Shown: in pieces, positions 55,948 through 64,000 of the stretch
How positions within the stretch are numbered: the stretch's first letter is position 1
Layout of the letters: every line of letters begins with the position of its first letter
Origin: an uncultured Candidatus Saccharibacteria bacterium
Lineage (GTDB): Bacteria; Patescibacteriota; Doudnabacteria; UBA920
DNA: 64,000 nucleotides
Assembly (NCBI GenBank): GCA_964600695.1
Contig: CAZRKK010000002.1
Coordinates: forward strand, 115,900 to 179,899
Direction of reading: 5' to 3'
Program-made: the position numbers and the translations under genes
Notes under the pieces: model-generated
The model's input: the letters and a program-made list of their open reading frames with translations, nothing else
Told to the model about the DNA's origin: nothing
Database searches by the model: none

Positions 55948-58900
55948 TTAAAAATCTAATCGATCGTAAATCATACTGACTTCTGGCAAACTACGCAGTT
56001 GTTGAACCAGTTCTCGGGTAATGCGAACATTGGTTTTAGTCTTGATTGTGTTAGCATCTTTGCCAGATCCAACATTTAAGAATACCGGAGCGTCGCCAGG
56101 ATTAGCTTCAAGTAAGGCCTTAATTTGATGAAGTATAGATTGGTTTTTAATATCAGGCAAATGAATGGTTAGCTGTTGTTGTTTTTCCATTTCGGAAATC
56201 GCCATTGTATAAAGATCATCATTTGGTAAATCTTTAAGTTCATTGGCTAAAATTTTTGGTTCACCATCTTTGTAAGACACTTTTCCGGTAACTCTGATTA
56301 CTGTATCCGAATCTAAGAAAGGCACTGCAATAGGCATGACTTTAGGAAAAACTAAAACTTCGACCGAGCCGGTTTTGTCTTCTAGTGTGAAGAAAGCCAT
56401 AGGGTCATTCTTTTTTGTGATTGTTCTCTTGGACTTTGTGATAATTCCTGCGAGTTGCACCGTTCTGTTGTCCATCTGTTGATTGATAGTTTTGATTGGG
56501 ACATAATCTTTGATTACCTCTGTAAATTCATCTAGGGGATGGCCGGACACAAATAATCCTAAATGTTCTTTCTCGTATTTAAGCTTATCCACATCTGTCA
56601 TTGGTGTTGCAGTTTGTAATTGAAGTCTGCCAATCTGAAAAGTCTGGCCAAATAACGAAGTTTGGCCTTGAGTTTGAGTTCGAAAATGTTCACGAAGAAA
56701 ATCTAAGACATTATCTGTGCTGGCTAAGAGTTGTGCTCGTTCACCAAATTTATCTAGCGCTCCAGCTTTAACTAAAGCTTCCCATGAGCGTTTGTTTAAG
56801 TTTTTGGTGTAACACTTAATTAGAAAATCTTCGAGGTTGTCGAATTTAATTCCTGCTTTGTGAGCATCAATAATTTTACGAATTACATCTGACCCTAGAT
56901 TTTTGATGGCGCGCAAACCAAAGCGAATGGTTTTTTCGTCGATCACTGTAAAACCACCAAAGCTTTCGGTTACATCTGGAGGTAAGATTTTAATACCCAT
57001 CTCTTTACATTCATCAAAGGCTTCGTGGATCTTGTCTTCATCACCACTTTCGGCGCTCATTAAGGCGGCCATAAACTCGACAGTGTAATGAGCTTTCATG
57101 TAGGCAGTTTGGTAACTAACTTGGCTGTAAGAAGCAGCATGAGCTTTATTAAAACCGTAAGCAGCGAATGGTTCGATTAAAGTAAACAATTCTGTTGCCC
57201 TAGCTTCGCTCATCCCATTAGCCATACAACCTTTGGTAAACTTTTCTTTTTGCTTGGCCATTTCTGCAGGAATCTTTTTACCCATCGCTTTTCTAAATTT
57301 GTCAGCCTCTTCCCAGGTATAGCCAGCAATGTTGATAGCGGTCAGTAAAACATCATCCTGATAAACCAACAAGCCTAAAGAGCGTTCCAAATAATCTTTC
57401 ATCTGAGGCACAAAGAAATCTACCAACTTCGGGTTATGTTTACGCGCAATATATTGTGGAATAATACCCATCGGACCTGGGCGGTATAAAGCAATCAAAG
57501 CAGAGATATCAAAGATAGAACTTGGTCGAAGCTCTTTTAAGTAACGGGTCATCCCCGAACTACCTAACTGAAAAACTCCAAAGGTGTGGCCTTCGGCTAA
57601 AAATTTAAAAGTTTTGTCATCATCCAAAGGAAGCTTGGTAGCGATGATTTCTACATTGTGACGAATCTTTACCAGTTTAATAGCCGCCTCTAAAATACTC
57701 AGGTTGCGGATTCCTAATAAATCCATTTTGACTACACCAATGGCGTGACTATCTGCACCTACGTCTAGCGCGTACATATCATATTGAGTGATTAGACGGT
57801 CTCCATCTGGTTCTGTTTGAAGTGGTGTGTAGTCGGTGAGTGGAGTTGGGGTAATCGCAAGAGCAGCAGCATGAATGGAGGCATGGCGAACACACCCTTC
57901 CAATTTATATGCGATGTCGATAATTTTTTTAGTTTCTTCATCAGTATCGTAAATGCTCTTAAGTTCTGCATTCAGACCCATAGCTTTATCCAAAGTCATC
58001 TGAAAACCTTGTTTACCCAGTGGAATCATTTTCGCAATACGATCACATTTTCCATAAGGCACTGCGAGGGCGCGACCAACATCGCGCACTACAGCTCGTG
58101 CTTTCATGGTTCCGAAAGTTATAATCTGCGCAACTTTATCATGTCCATAACGTTCTGCGATCCAACCAATAACTTCATCACGTCTATCATCGGCAATGTC
58201 TAAGTCGATATCAGGAGGGGTGGGGCGATGTACAGTTAAGAAACGTTCAAAAGGTAACTGGTATTCTAATGGATCAATCGCACTAATATTTAGTAAGTAC
58301 CCAACAATACTTCCCGCTGCGGAACCACGAGTATTAGTTAAGGCTCCTAGTTCGTGTGCCCCCCGAACAATATCTGCCACCATCAAAAAGTAGGCAGCAA
58401 AACCCATTTTAAAGATAATGTCTAATTCATAATTAATGCGTTCGGTAACATCCGGACGTAAGTTTGATTGCTTTTCTTCTAAATCTTTCCCACCTGGTTG
58501 ATAGATGTCGACAGCTTTTTCGAACACAATCTTCTTTAGATGATCTTCTGGGGTTGTGTTGGGAGGTAGTTCGACATTAGCGAAGTATCTTTGGTTAATA
58601 GGGATTTCAATATTGATTTGCTTAGCAATTACTTGAGTGTTGCTGATGGCTTCTGGAATATCTTTAAACTTAGCCATCATTTCATCTCCACTACTAAAGG
58701 AAAGGTCATGACTACGCATGTCGAGCCTGTTTGGTTCGGCAACGGTTCTGCCAGTTCCAATACAAACCATAACGTCCTGAGCTTCGCTATCCGTCTTGTC
58801 TATATAATGGCAATCTTGAGTGGCAACAACAGGTACGTTGAACTTTTGACCAAGAGCGATTAACTCATCATTAGGCATTAATTCTGGTTCATTTGGATTA

Positions 58901-59436
58901 AGATTGTTGCGTTGTAGTTCTAGATAGAAATTTTCTACACCAAAGATGGATAAATATTGTTGCAAAGCTTCTGCTCCAGCATCTTCCGAAATTTTTAAGG
59001 CTCTTGCGATTTGCCCTCTTGGGCAGCCTGATAAGGCGATTAGACCTTCAGAAAATTGCTCCATAACAGCCAAATCTATACGAGGTTTGTAATAAAATCC
59101 TTGAGTGTGGCCGATGGTAGCTAATTGCATCAGATTTTGGTAACCCTTATAGTTTTTAGCTAATAGAGTGAGGTGATGGTAGTCGGCGTCTAATTTACCC
59201 TCTTTCATTATCATTCCGCGCGGAGCGATGTAAGCTTCTAGACCAATGATCGGGTTAATATCTTCGGCTCGGCAGGCATTGTAAAATTCTATAGCGCCAT
59301 ACATTGAACCATGGTCAGTTATCGCCATGCTGGTCATTTGGTGCTTTTTGGCAGCCTTAACAAGGTCTGTAATTTTGGACAGACCATCTAGGAGCGAAAA
59401 ATGCGAATGGCAATGGAGATGGGTAAACTCAACCAT
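55948..59436 (-). CDS. dnaE: DNA polymerase III alpha subunit
   Basis: PHP domain (HLHCHSHFSLLDG), polymerase core and OB domain; 1162 aa. Confidence 0.95.
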   Translation of the reverse strand: MVEFTHLHCHSHFSLLDGLSKITDLVKAAKKHQMTSMAITDHGSMYGAIEFYNACRAEDINPIIGLEAYIAPRGMIMKEGKLDADYHHLTLLAKNYKGYQNLMQLATIGHTQGFYYKPRIDLAVMEQFSEGLIALSGCPRGQIARALKISEDAGAEALQQYLSIFGVENFYLELQRNNLNPNEPELMPNDELIALGQKFNVPVVATQDCHYIDKTDSEAQDVMVCIGTGRTVAEPNRLDMRSHDLSFSSGDEMMAKFKDIPEAISNTQVIAKQINIEIPINQRYFANVELPPNTTPEDHLKKIVFEKAVDIYQPGGKDLEEKQSNLRPDVTERINYELDIIFKMGFAAYFLMVADIVRGAHELGALTNTRGSAAGSIVGYLLNISAIDPLEYQLPFERFLTVHRPTPPDIDLDIADDRRDEVIGWIAERYGHDKVAQIITFGTMKARAVVRDVGRALAVPYGKCDRIAKMIPLGKQGFQMTLDKAMGLNAELKSIYDTDEETKKIIDIAYKLEGCVRHASIHAAALAITPTPLTDYTPLQTEPDGDRLITQYDMYALDVGADSHAIGVVKMDLLGIRNLSILEAAIKLVKIRHNVEIIATKLPLDDDKTFKFLAEGHTFGVFQLGSSGMTRYLKELRPSSIFDISALIALYRPGPMGIIPQYIARKHNPKLVDFFVPQMKDYLERSLGLLVYQDDVLLTAINIAGYTWEEADKFRKAMGKKIPAEMAKQKEKFTKGCMANGMSEARATELFTLIEPFAAYGFNKAHAASYSQVSYQTAYMKAHYTVEFMAALMSAESGDEDKIHEAFDECKEMGIKILPPDVTESFGGFTVIDEKTIRFGLRAIKNLGSDVIRKIIDAHKAGIKFDNLEDFLIKCYTKNLNKRSWEALVKAGALDKFGERAQLLASTDNVLDFLREHFRTQTQGQTSLFGQTFQIGRLQLQTATPMTDVDKLKYEKEHLGLFVSGHPLDEFTEVIKDYVPIKTINQQMDNRTVQLAGIITKSKRTITKKNDPMAFFTLEDKTGSVEVLVFPKVMPIAVPFLDSDTVIRVTGKVSYKDGEPKILANELKDLPNDDLYTMAISEMEKQQQLTIHLPDIKNQSILHQIKALLEANPGDAPVFLNVGSGKDANTIKTKTNVRITRELVQQLRSLPEVSMIYDRLDF

Positions 59437-59515
59437 GAATAATAGAGATAAATAGAGTCTAATTTATAAAAATTTGCTATACTGAATTTATCATAACATA
59501 TAGTAACGTGCTCAT

Positions 59516-60370
59516 ATGTCTCAACTTCAAGAAAATTTGAAAGTACAATATAGTGGTTTTATTTTAGCCATTCAAGATGGAATTTTTAAATTCAGACAGT
59601 GGTTCGTAGGTTTACCAAAATGGGAGCGCACTGCTTTTATCACACTTCTGTTTTTGTTGATTCCAGGATTAATCGCGGTACGTTATGGTGGCGAATTGTT
59701 TTTTACAAAGTCATATAATCGTGCAGCGATTGCTGCTCATCCAGCTTTTAATATTTCTGAATCACTTAAGGTTGGTAGTGCCAAGGTTGTTAGAAATTCA
59801 AACAATAGTATTACGGCTTATGCGGAAGTCACTAATCCGAATCTTGACCTTGCTCTTGAATCACTAGACTATACTTTTCATTTTCTAAATTCTAAAAAGG
59901 AAGAAGTAACCACAACTACTGGCAAAACTTTCTTGTTGCCAAACCAAAAAAAGTGGATCGTAGTTTCCAAAGTTCAGTCTTCAGAAGAAATCACTCAAGC
60001 TACCATAGAAATTCCAAAAGAATTGGATTGGAAAAAACGTCTTGATTTACCAGATGTAGAACTAAAAATGTCTGAGCCTTACGTGTACGAAGAAGTGAAT
60101 CCATTAGCTACAGTGGCAGAAGGTGCCGTTGTGAATAGTAGTCCATTTGATTTAAATCAGGTCTCGTTATTATTAGTGCTATACGGAAAAAACAATCGCG
60201 TCTTGGCTGTGACGACCAGAGAAGAATATAATGTTAAAGCTTTTGAACGCAGAGCATATAAATTGCAATGGCCGGGGATTTACAATAGCGATATTGTAAA
60301 AGTTGATTTACAAGCATACACTAATACTCTAGAACCAGAAAATATTAGCGCTAGCTCTAAAGGGAGATAG
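59516..60370 (+). CDS. hypothetical membrane-anchored protein (284 aa)
   Basis: A TM followed by a beta-rich domain. Confidence 0.45.
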   Translation: MSQLQENLKVQYSGFILAIQDGIFKFRQWFVGLPKWERTAFITLLFLLIPGLIAVRYGGELFFTKSYNRAAIAAHPAFNISESLKVGSAKVVRNSNNSITAYAEVTNPNLDLALESLDYTFHFLNSKKEEVTTTTGKTFLLPNQKKWIVVSKVQSSEEITQATIEIPKELDWKKRLDLPDVELKMSEPYVYEEVNPLATVAEGAVVNSSPFDLNQVSLLLVLYGKNNRVLAVTTREEYNVKAFERRAYKLQWPGIYNSDIVKVDLQAYTNTLEPENISASSKGR

Positions 60371-60390
60371 CGAGAAGGCATTGTCCTAGT

Positions 60391-61491
60391 ATGAATTGGC
60401 TGATTCAAAAATTAAAATTTTATGACATACCGCTGCTTGCTGTCAGCGGTTTGTTGCTTGTGGTGGGATTATCCATCCAATACGCTATTTCCTTAGGGGA
60501 AGGGGATTTAACGATATTCTATAGACAACTAGTTTTTTCGATAGGTGGCTTGGTCGTTTTTGTACTTTTGGCCAATTACAATTACCAATTACTAGCTAAA
60601 AATAATAGAGTGATATATCCAATCTTGATTTTCTTATTGATCTATCTCCTCTTATTTGGTGATCCTATCCGTGGGAGTGCCCGTTGGATCGATTTGGGTT
60701 TTTTCCAGTTACAGCCGGCCGAATTAGCCAAAGTAATTATTGGCTTAGGCTTAGCTAGATGGTTGTATATTCGTCGCGGAGAAATTAATTCTTGGAAAAA
60801 TATATTCATAACTTTTGCTTATGCTGCGATACCTGCTGTTCTGATTGCTTTAGAACCCGACCTTGGATCGTCTTTAATTGTGATGGCTGTGTGGTTTGGA
60901 ATAATTTTGTTAAGCCCGATAAGACGAACTTACATTATCATTTTTTTAATTGCTGGTCTGTTGTTCGCAGGATTGTCTTGGCAATTCTTTTTAAGAGATT
61001 ATCAAAAGCAACGTGTGGAAGTTTTTCTTAATCCCGACAAAGATCCTCAAGGTAAAGGTTACAACGTAAGACAAGCAACGATTGCTGTTGGGAGTGGTCA
61101 GTGGTTTGGTAGAGGTTTAGGACAAGGTGTGCAAAGCGGTTTAAAGTTCTTACCAGAAAAACATACCGACTTTGTGTTCGCTGCTGCTAGTGAAGAAATC
61201 GGATGGATTGGTTCATCGGCCATATTGTTTTTATTTTACTTATTAATGCGTCGAATTATTGTAGTCATGCAAAAGGCTCGTGATGATTTAGCAATGTACA
61301 TTGCTGGTGGGATTTTATTTTTATTTGCCTCACAAATAATTATTAATATTGGAATGAACATTGGGTTGCTTCCTGTAACTGGAATTCCTCTTCCGATGAT
61401 AACTTATGGTGGAAGTTCTATGTTAGTGACAGCGATTGGGTTGGGAATTGTGCAAAACATTTCTAAGCAATCAAAAGTGTTACGTTTTTAA
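60391..61491 (+). CDS. SEDS-family peptidoglycan polymerase (FtsW/RodA)
   Basis: 10 TM, FtsW/RodA/SpoVE motifs. Confidence 0.85.
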   Translation: MNWLIQKLKFYDIPLLAVSGLLLVVGLSIQYAISLGEGDLTIFYRQLVFSIGGLVVFVLLANYNYQLLAKNNRVIYPILIFLLIYLLLFGDPIRGSARWIDLGFFQLQPAELAKVIIGLGLARWLYIRRGEINSWKNIFITFAYAAIPAVLIALEPDLGSSLIVMAVWFGIILLSPIRRTYIIIFLIAGLLFAGLSWQFFLRDYQKQRVEVFLNPDKDPQGKGYNVRQATIAVGSGQWFGRGLGQGVQSGLKFLPEKHTDFVFAAASEEIGWIGSSAILFLFYLLMRRIIVVMQKARDDLAMYIAGGILFLFASQIIINIGMNIGLLPVTGIPLPMITYGGSSMLVTAIGLGIVQNISKQSKVLRF

Positions 61492-61549
61492 AGAATTATT
61501 TAGCTTGCGCACATTTAGCAAACTGATATAATTGATTAGAAAGGAACTT

Positions 61550-61912
61550 ATGCGTAAAAACGATCTTAAAAGAGTACTGGGTTGGTTGGGGTTCATGTTG
61601 CAATGCCCAGTGTGTAGTACTAAATATCAAATTTCTAATATCAAGGTTTTGGACAGTCAGCAAGAAGAAGAATTTCCAGAAGCACACTTGTTGATTCATT
61701 CTGACTGCAGTAAATGCAAAAGTTCGGTGATGTTTAATATCGACATCAATGGTCCAGATATCTTCACTGTAATCGCTAAGACTGACCTAACAAAAAAGGA
61801 TACATCCAGATTCAATGATATGCCCGCACTGGTAGCTAATGACCTCATTGCCATTCACCAGACTATTCAGGGCTTTGACGGAGATTTCAAAAAAGCCTTT
61901 AAAATAAAGTAA
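61550..61912 (+). CDS. zinc-ribbon protein (CPVC...CSKC)
   Basis: SD AAAGGA precedes ATG at 61550. Confidence 0.45.
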   Translation: MRKNDLKRVLGWLGFMLQCPVCSTKYQISNIKVLDSQQEEEFPEAHLLIHSDCSKCKSSVMFNIDINGPDIFTVIAKTDLTKKDTSRFNDMPALVANDLIAIHQTIQGFDGDFKKAFKIK

Positions 61913-62041
61913 AAAGGACCTGTAATTCACACTTAATTGTAGTAGAATTGCAGGTTTTTTGTTTTTATTCATTTTTACCTATAAGGCCTTGCCAAAATTA
62001 AAGAAACCCTATATAATTGTTAGGTATTTATCTAAATTATT

Positions 62042-62734
62042 TTGGCTTTTATGGAAAAATTTCAATTAAAAACTGTTGCTCGAGAAAAGACTCACCGTGA
62101 TTCTAAGACAGAATACCGCGCTGGTTTAATTCCTGCAGAGATGTATGGTAATAAAGTGCCTAATGTTCACTTAGCTGTAGACGCTATTGAGTTCGAAAAA
62201 GTCTTACGTAAAGCTGGTGAAAGTACTGTTATCGAGTTAATCATGCCAGATGGCACAACTACAAATGTTTTAATTCATGATGTTCAACATCATTACTTAA
62301 ATTCTCAACCAATTCACATTGATTTCTTTGCTGTTAACATGAAGCAGAAGTTACAAGCTACTGTTCAAATTGAATTCATTGGTGAATCCGAAGCTGTTAA
62401 AGTTTTGGGTGGTACTCTTGTGAAAATGCTAAACGAAGTAGATGTTGAATGTTTACCACAAGATTTACCTTCACATTTCGAAATCGACATTGCTTTGTTA
62501 AAGACTTTTGATGACATGATTACTGTTAAGGATATTCCTGTAAGTAGTAATGTAGAAATTTTGGCAGATGCCGAAGAAGCTATTGCAAAAGTTCAAGCTC
62601 CTCGTAATGTAGAAGAAGAATTAGCTCCTATCGAAGACGTTGCTTCCGCAGAAGCCGCAGCTGTTGCTGCTGCTGTTGGTCCAGAACCAGAAACAGCTGG
62701 CGATGACAAGTCTGATTCAGACAAAAAAGAATAA
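62042..62734 (+). CDS. rplY: 50S ribosomal protein L25 / general stress protein Ctc form
   Basis: L25 N-domain, Ctc-type beta-domain and an acidic tail. Confidence 0.85.
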   Translation: MAFMEKFQLKTVAREKTHRDSKTEYRAGLIPAEMYGNKVPNVHLAVDAIEFEKVLRKAGESTVIELIMPDGTTTNVLIHDVQHHYLNSQPIHIDFFAVNMKQKLQATVQIEFIGESEAVKVLGGTLVKMLNEVDVECLPQDLPSHFEIDIALLKTFDDMITVKDIPVSSNVEILADAEEAIAKVQAPRNVEEELAPIEDVASAEAAAVAAAVGPEPETAGDDKSDSDKKE

Positions 62735-62739
62735 TTCAA

Positions 62740-62770
62740 TTTTCAAATTAAAAACCATCCTTAACTGGAT
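62740..62770. terminator. bidirectional terminator
   Basis: aaaaaccatcc-ttaac-tggatggttttttg. Confidence 0.7.
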
Positions 62771-63153
62771 GGTTTTTTGATTAAATTCTTAATCAAATAA
62801 AAGAGTAAAGAAAATGCGCTAATCATTTCGAGGGCTTTTCTGCCAACTTCCAAATCAGGATTGGCCCACTGACCACTTCGATTATAAGTGTTGATACCGA
62901 TCATAATCTGGATAACACTAAACAAAGTAACTCCAAGTAAAATGGCTTTGACCAACATCCATAGAGACTGTCTGTTGTGTCTAAATATATAGAACATACT
63001 AAAGAGGATGGCAGCTAATATAGAAACCATACTCTGGTTAGAAGTGAAAGCCATCACAGCTAGCATTCCTGCCAAACAAAATTCAAACAGTGGTAAGTGC
63101 CAGCTTTGGGATTGCTCATACGACACAACTTCTATCATTGTTTTGTCTCTCAT
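62761..63153 (-). CDS. small membrane protein (130 aa, 4 TM)
   Basis: Hydrophobicity pattern. Confidence 0.45.
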   Translation of the reverse strand: MRDKTMIEVVSYEQSQSWHLPLFEFCLAGMLAVMAFTSNQSMVSILAAILFSMFYIFRHNRQSLWMLVKAILLGVTLFSVIQIMIGINTYNRSGQWANPDLEVGRKALEMISAFSLLFYLIKNLIKKPSS

Positions 63154-63185
63154 TTGTTCCTCCTAAAAAAGTGACCAAAATTTAG

Positions 63186-64000
63186 CTAGCTTTGTAAAAT
63201 AGCATAGCGCCATAATCCCTGCAAGTCTTTGTGAAAGGTGATCGATGCTTTGGGTAAATAGCTTTTTAGCAAATCTTCTAGAGCTGGTTTGGTTTTTGGG
63301 TCAAGCTCAAAAATAACCATGGAAGGCAGGTGCTGTCGGCTCTTTAATTGCTCTAACAGTTTTTCGTACAGAATAAAATTATCCGTACCATCAGTTAATG
63401 CCGAGATTGGTTCGTGTTTAAGATTGGCGTGGAATTTATTATATTCGGTTACAGGTACATAAGGTAGGTTTGCAATAATTAGGTCATAATTATCAGGGAG
63501 CTTTTCTAATAAATCACTGTATACAAAATTAACATGCACTTTATGAGTTCTGGCATTAGTTTTGGCTATTTCTAATGCTTTTCTAGATATATCTGAAGCA
63601 GTGATTTTTACTATCGTTGGATTGGTGTGCTTTGCAATGCTAATAGCCAAGCAACCCGAGCCTGTGCCAATATCTAGAACGCTTAATTTTTGTTCTGGGG
63701 TTTTATTGATAAACTCCAAAGCTTTTTCTACTAACCATTCACTTTCTGGGCGGGGGATGAGAGTACTGGAATCTACTTTAAATTTTAGATTGTAAAAGTA
63801 TTTGTAGCCTAAAATATACGCTGCTGGTTTGCCTTTGTTGAGTTGTTTAATCATGGCTTCCAATAACGAAATTTGACCTTGGTTAACAAGCCGATTAGGG
63901 TTTGAAAACAAATCTTCTTTTGAGCATTTTAAAAGATGAGACAAGAATAATTCTGTCTCATCCGTAGATTGGTATTTTTTTAAAACTTCTTTGGTGGTCA
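63186..64000 (-). CDS. prmC: release-factor glutamine N5-methyltransferase PrmC/HemK (N-terminus may extend past the window end, or start at TTG 63944)
   Basis: SAM motif VLDIGTGSGCLAI and NLPYVP (NPPY variant). The reading frame stays open upstream to the window edge. Confidence 0.8.
   Translation of the reverse strand, partial: TTKEVLKKYQSTDETELFLSHLLKCSKEDLFSNPNRLVNQGQISLLEAMIKQLNKGKPAAYILGYKYFYNLKFKVDSSTLIPRPESEWLVEKALEFINKTPEQKLSVLDIGTGSGCLAISIAKHTNPTIVKITASDISRKALEIAKTNARTHKVHVNFVYSDLLEKLPDNYDLIIANLPYVPVTEYNKFHANLKHEPISALTDGTDNFILYEKLLEQLKSRQHLPSMVIFELDPKTKPALEDLLKSYLPKASITFHKDLQGLWRYAILQS

Noticed and set aside
1-64000. CRISPR arrays, rRNA genes, intact IS/transposase, integrase
   Set aside because: No spaced direct-repeat arrays, no rRNA signature sequences and no intact recombinase or transposase ORF were seen. 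Only the decayed fragment at 40080-40660 was found.

Overview
This is a low-GC (about 35-38%), gene-dense bacterial chromosomal window with short intergenic spacers, very clean sigma70 -35/-10 promoters and many rho-independent terminators. Many proteins are small hypothetical membrane-anchored ones, which suggests a reduced-genome lineage; this is inference only. Recognisable housekeeping genes: rplJ-rplL with an L10 leader, lexA, tdk, a SAM-I riboswitch before metK, tRNA-Glu(CUC), scpAB-aspS, lgt, an HtrA-like protease, recR-dnaB, cysS, a Kef-type antiporter, two tandem adenylate-kinase paralogues plus map, thrS, dnaE, a SEDS (FtsW/RodA) protein, L25/Ctc and prmC. Accessory content: a WbaP-type polysaccharide priming glycosyltransferase with two epimerases; a large DUF11-repeat surface protein with a sortase-like C-terminal signal; a membrane PP2C-like/beta-propeller protein; an atypical kinase-fold protein; an orphan MazF/PemK-like toxin; an LD-carboxypeptidase; and GC-rich (probably horizontally acquired) ldcA and metK. 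The least conventional region is 1.0-3.8 kb. It holds a promoter/terminator-bounded ~360-nt unit with two micro-ORFs carrying perfect SDs. That is followed by a separately promoted ~1.45-kb GC-rich, ORF-free, highly structured segment (candidate giant ncRNA or intron-like element). Next comes an 88-aa Cys-rich protein, then a 150-nt tmRNA-like element with a correct acceptor stem and GGC-UUUCGAC motif but no detectable tag ORF. A second GC-rich structured block at 39.3-39.9 kb shows a P3-hairpin/P4-pseudoknot arrangement reminiscent of RNase P RNA, next to a frameshifted gene remnant. No CRISPR array, rRNA or intact transposase was found.
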